A stretch of 64,000 nucleotides of DNA, taken from the NCBI GenBank assembly GCA_030265395.1, contig JARFYF010000001.1:30718978-30782977 (forward strand), given 5' to 3'. This stretch comes from Rhina ancylostomus (taxonomy: Eukaryota). Shown here piece after piece: positions 63,848-64,000 of the stretch. How positions within the stretch are numbered: the stretch's first letter is position 1; each line of letters starts with the position of its first letter. The translations under genes and the position numbers were made by a program. A model generated the notes under the pieces. The model worked only from the letters and a program-made list of their open reading frames with translations. It searched no databases and was not told where the DNA came from.

Positions 63848-64000
63848 GTAATAAAAGTTTCCTCTTATCACACTGTAGCTTCCTAATGACTATTTTAAAT
63901 TTATTTGACCCCTTATTCCAGATTCAACAAAATGGGGATCTTACATTTCTTTCACTAAACAAAGCCCCAAAATAATTTGAGGAACCTTTTACCTTTCTCT

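Noticed and set aside
1-64000. CRISPR array, operon or prokaryotic defence system
   Set aside because: No regularly spaced repeat-spacer array and no gene-dense coding; the sequence is vertebrate repeat-rich non-coding DNA.

Overview
AT-rich, CpG-depleted vertebrate non-coding DNA from a gap-rich draft assembly. It is almost certainly an elasmobranch (shark/ray), inferred from HE1/V-SINE-like, CR1, Rex1/Babar and Penelope-like repeats. I found no intact host protein-coding gene, rRNA, tRNA gene or CRISPR array, so the window reads as a large intron or gene desert. Every recognisable ORF in the track is a decayed transposon fragment. Contents: many CR1 fragments; RTE, Tx1/L1, L2-like and Rex1/Babar LINE remnants; about a dozen Penelope-like (PLE) pieces whose terminal repeats carry degenerate minimal hammerhead-ribozyme motifs; five TGT..ACA-type LTR-like elements, three with perfect TSDs; fossils of both PIF/Harbinger genes (DDE transposase and Myb/SANT partner); and SINEs and a MITE. 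Best second-look items are the PLE hammerhead motifs, an LTR-like element whose 3' end is an inverted copy of its 5' end (62956-63847), two independent same-family solo LTRs 1.4 kb apart, and two templated-insertion scars. I cannot support a new multi-gene system. Family names come from manual motif recognition without database searches, and boundaries of decayed repeats are approximate.
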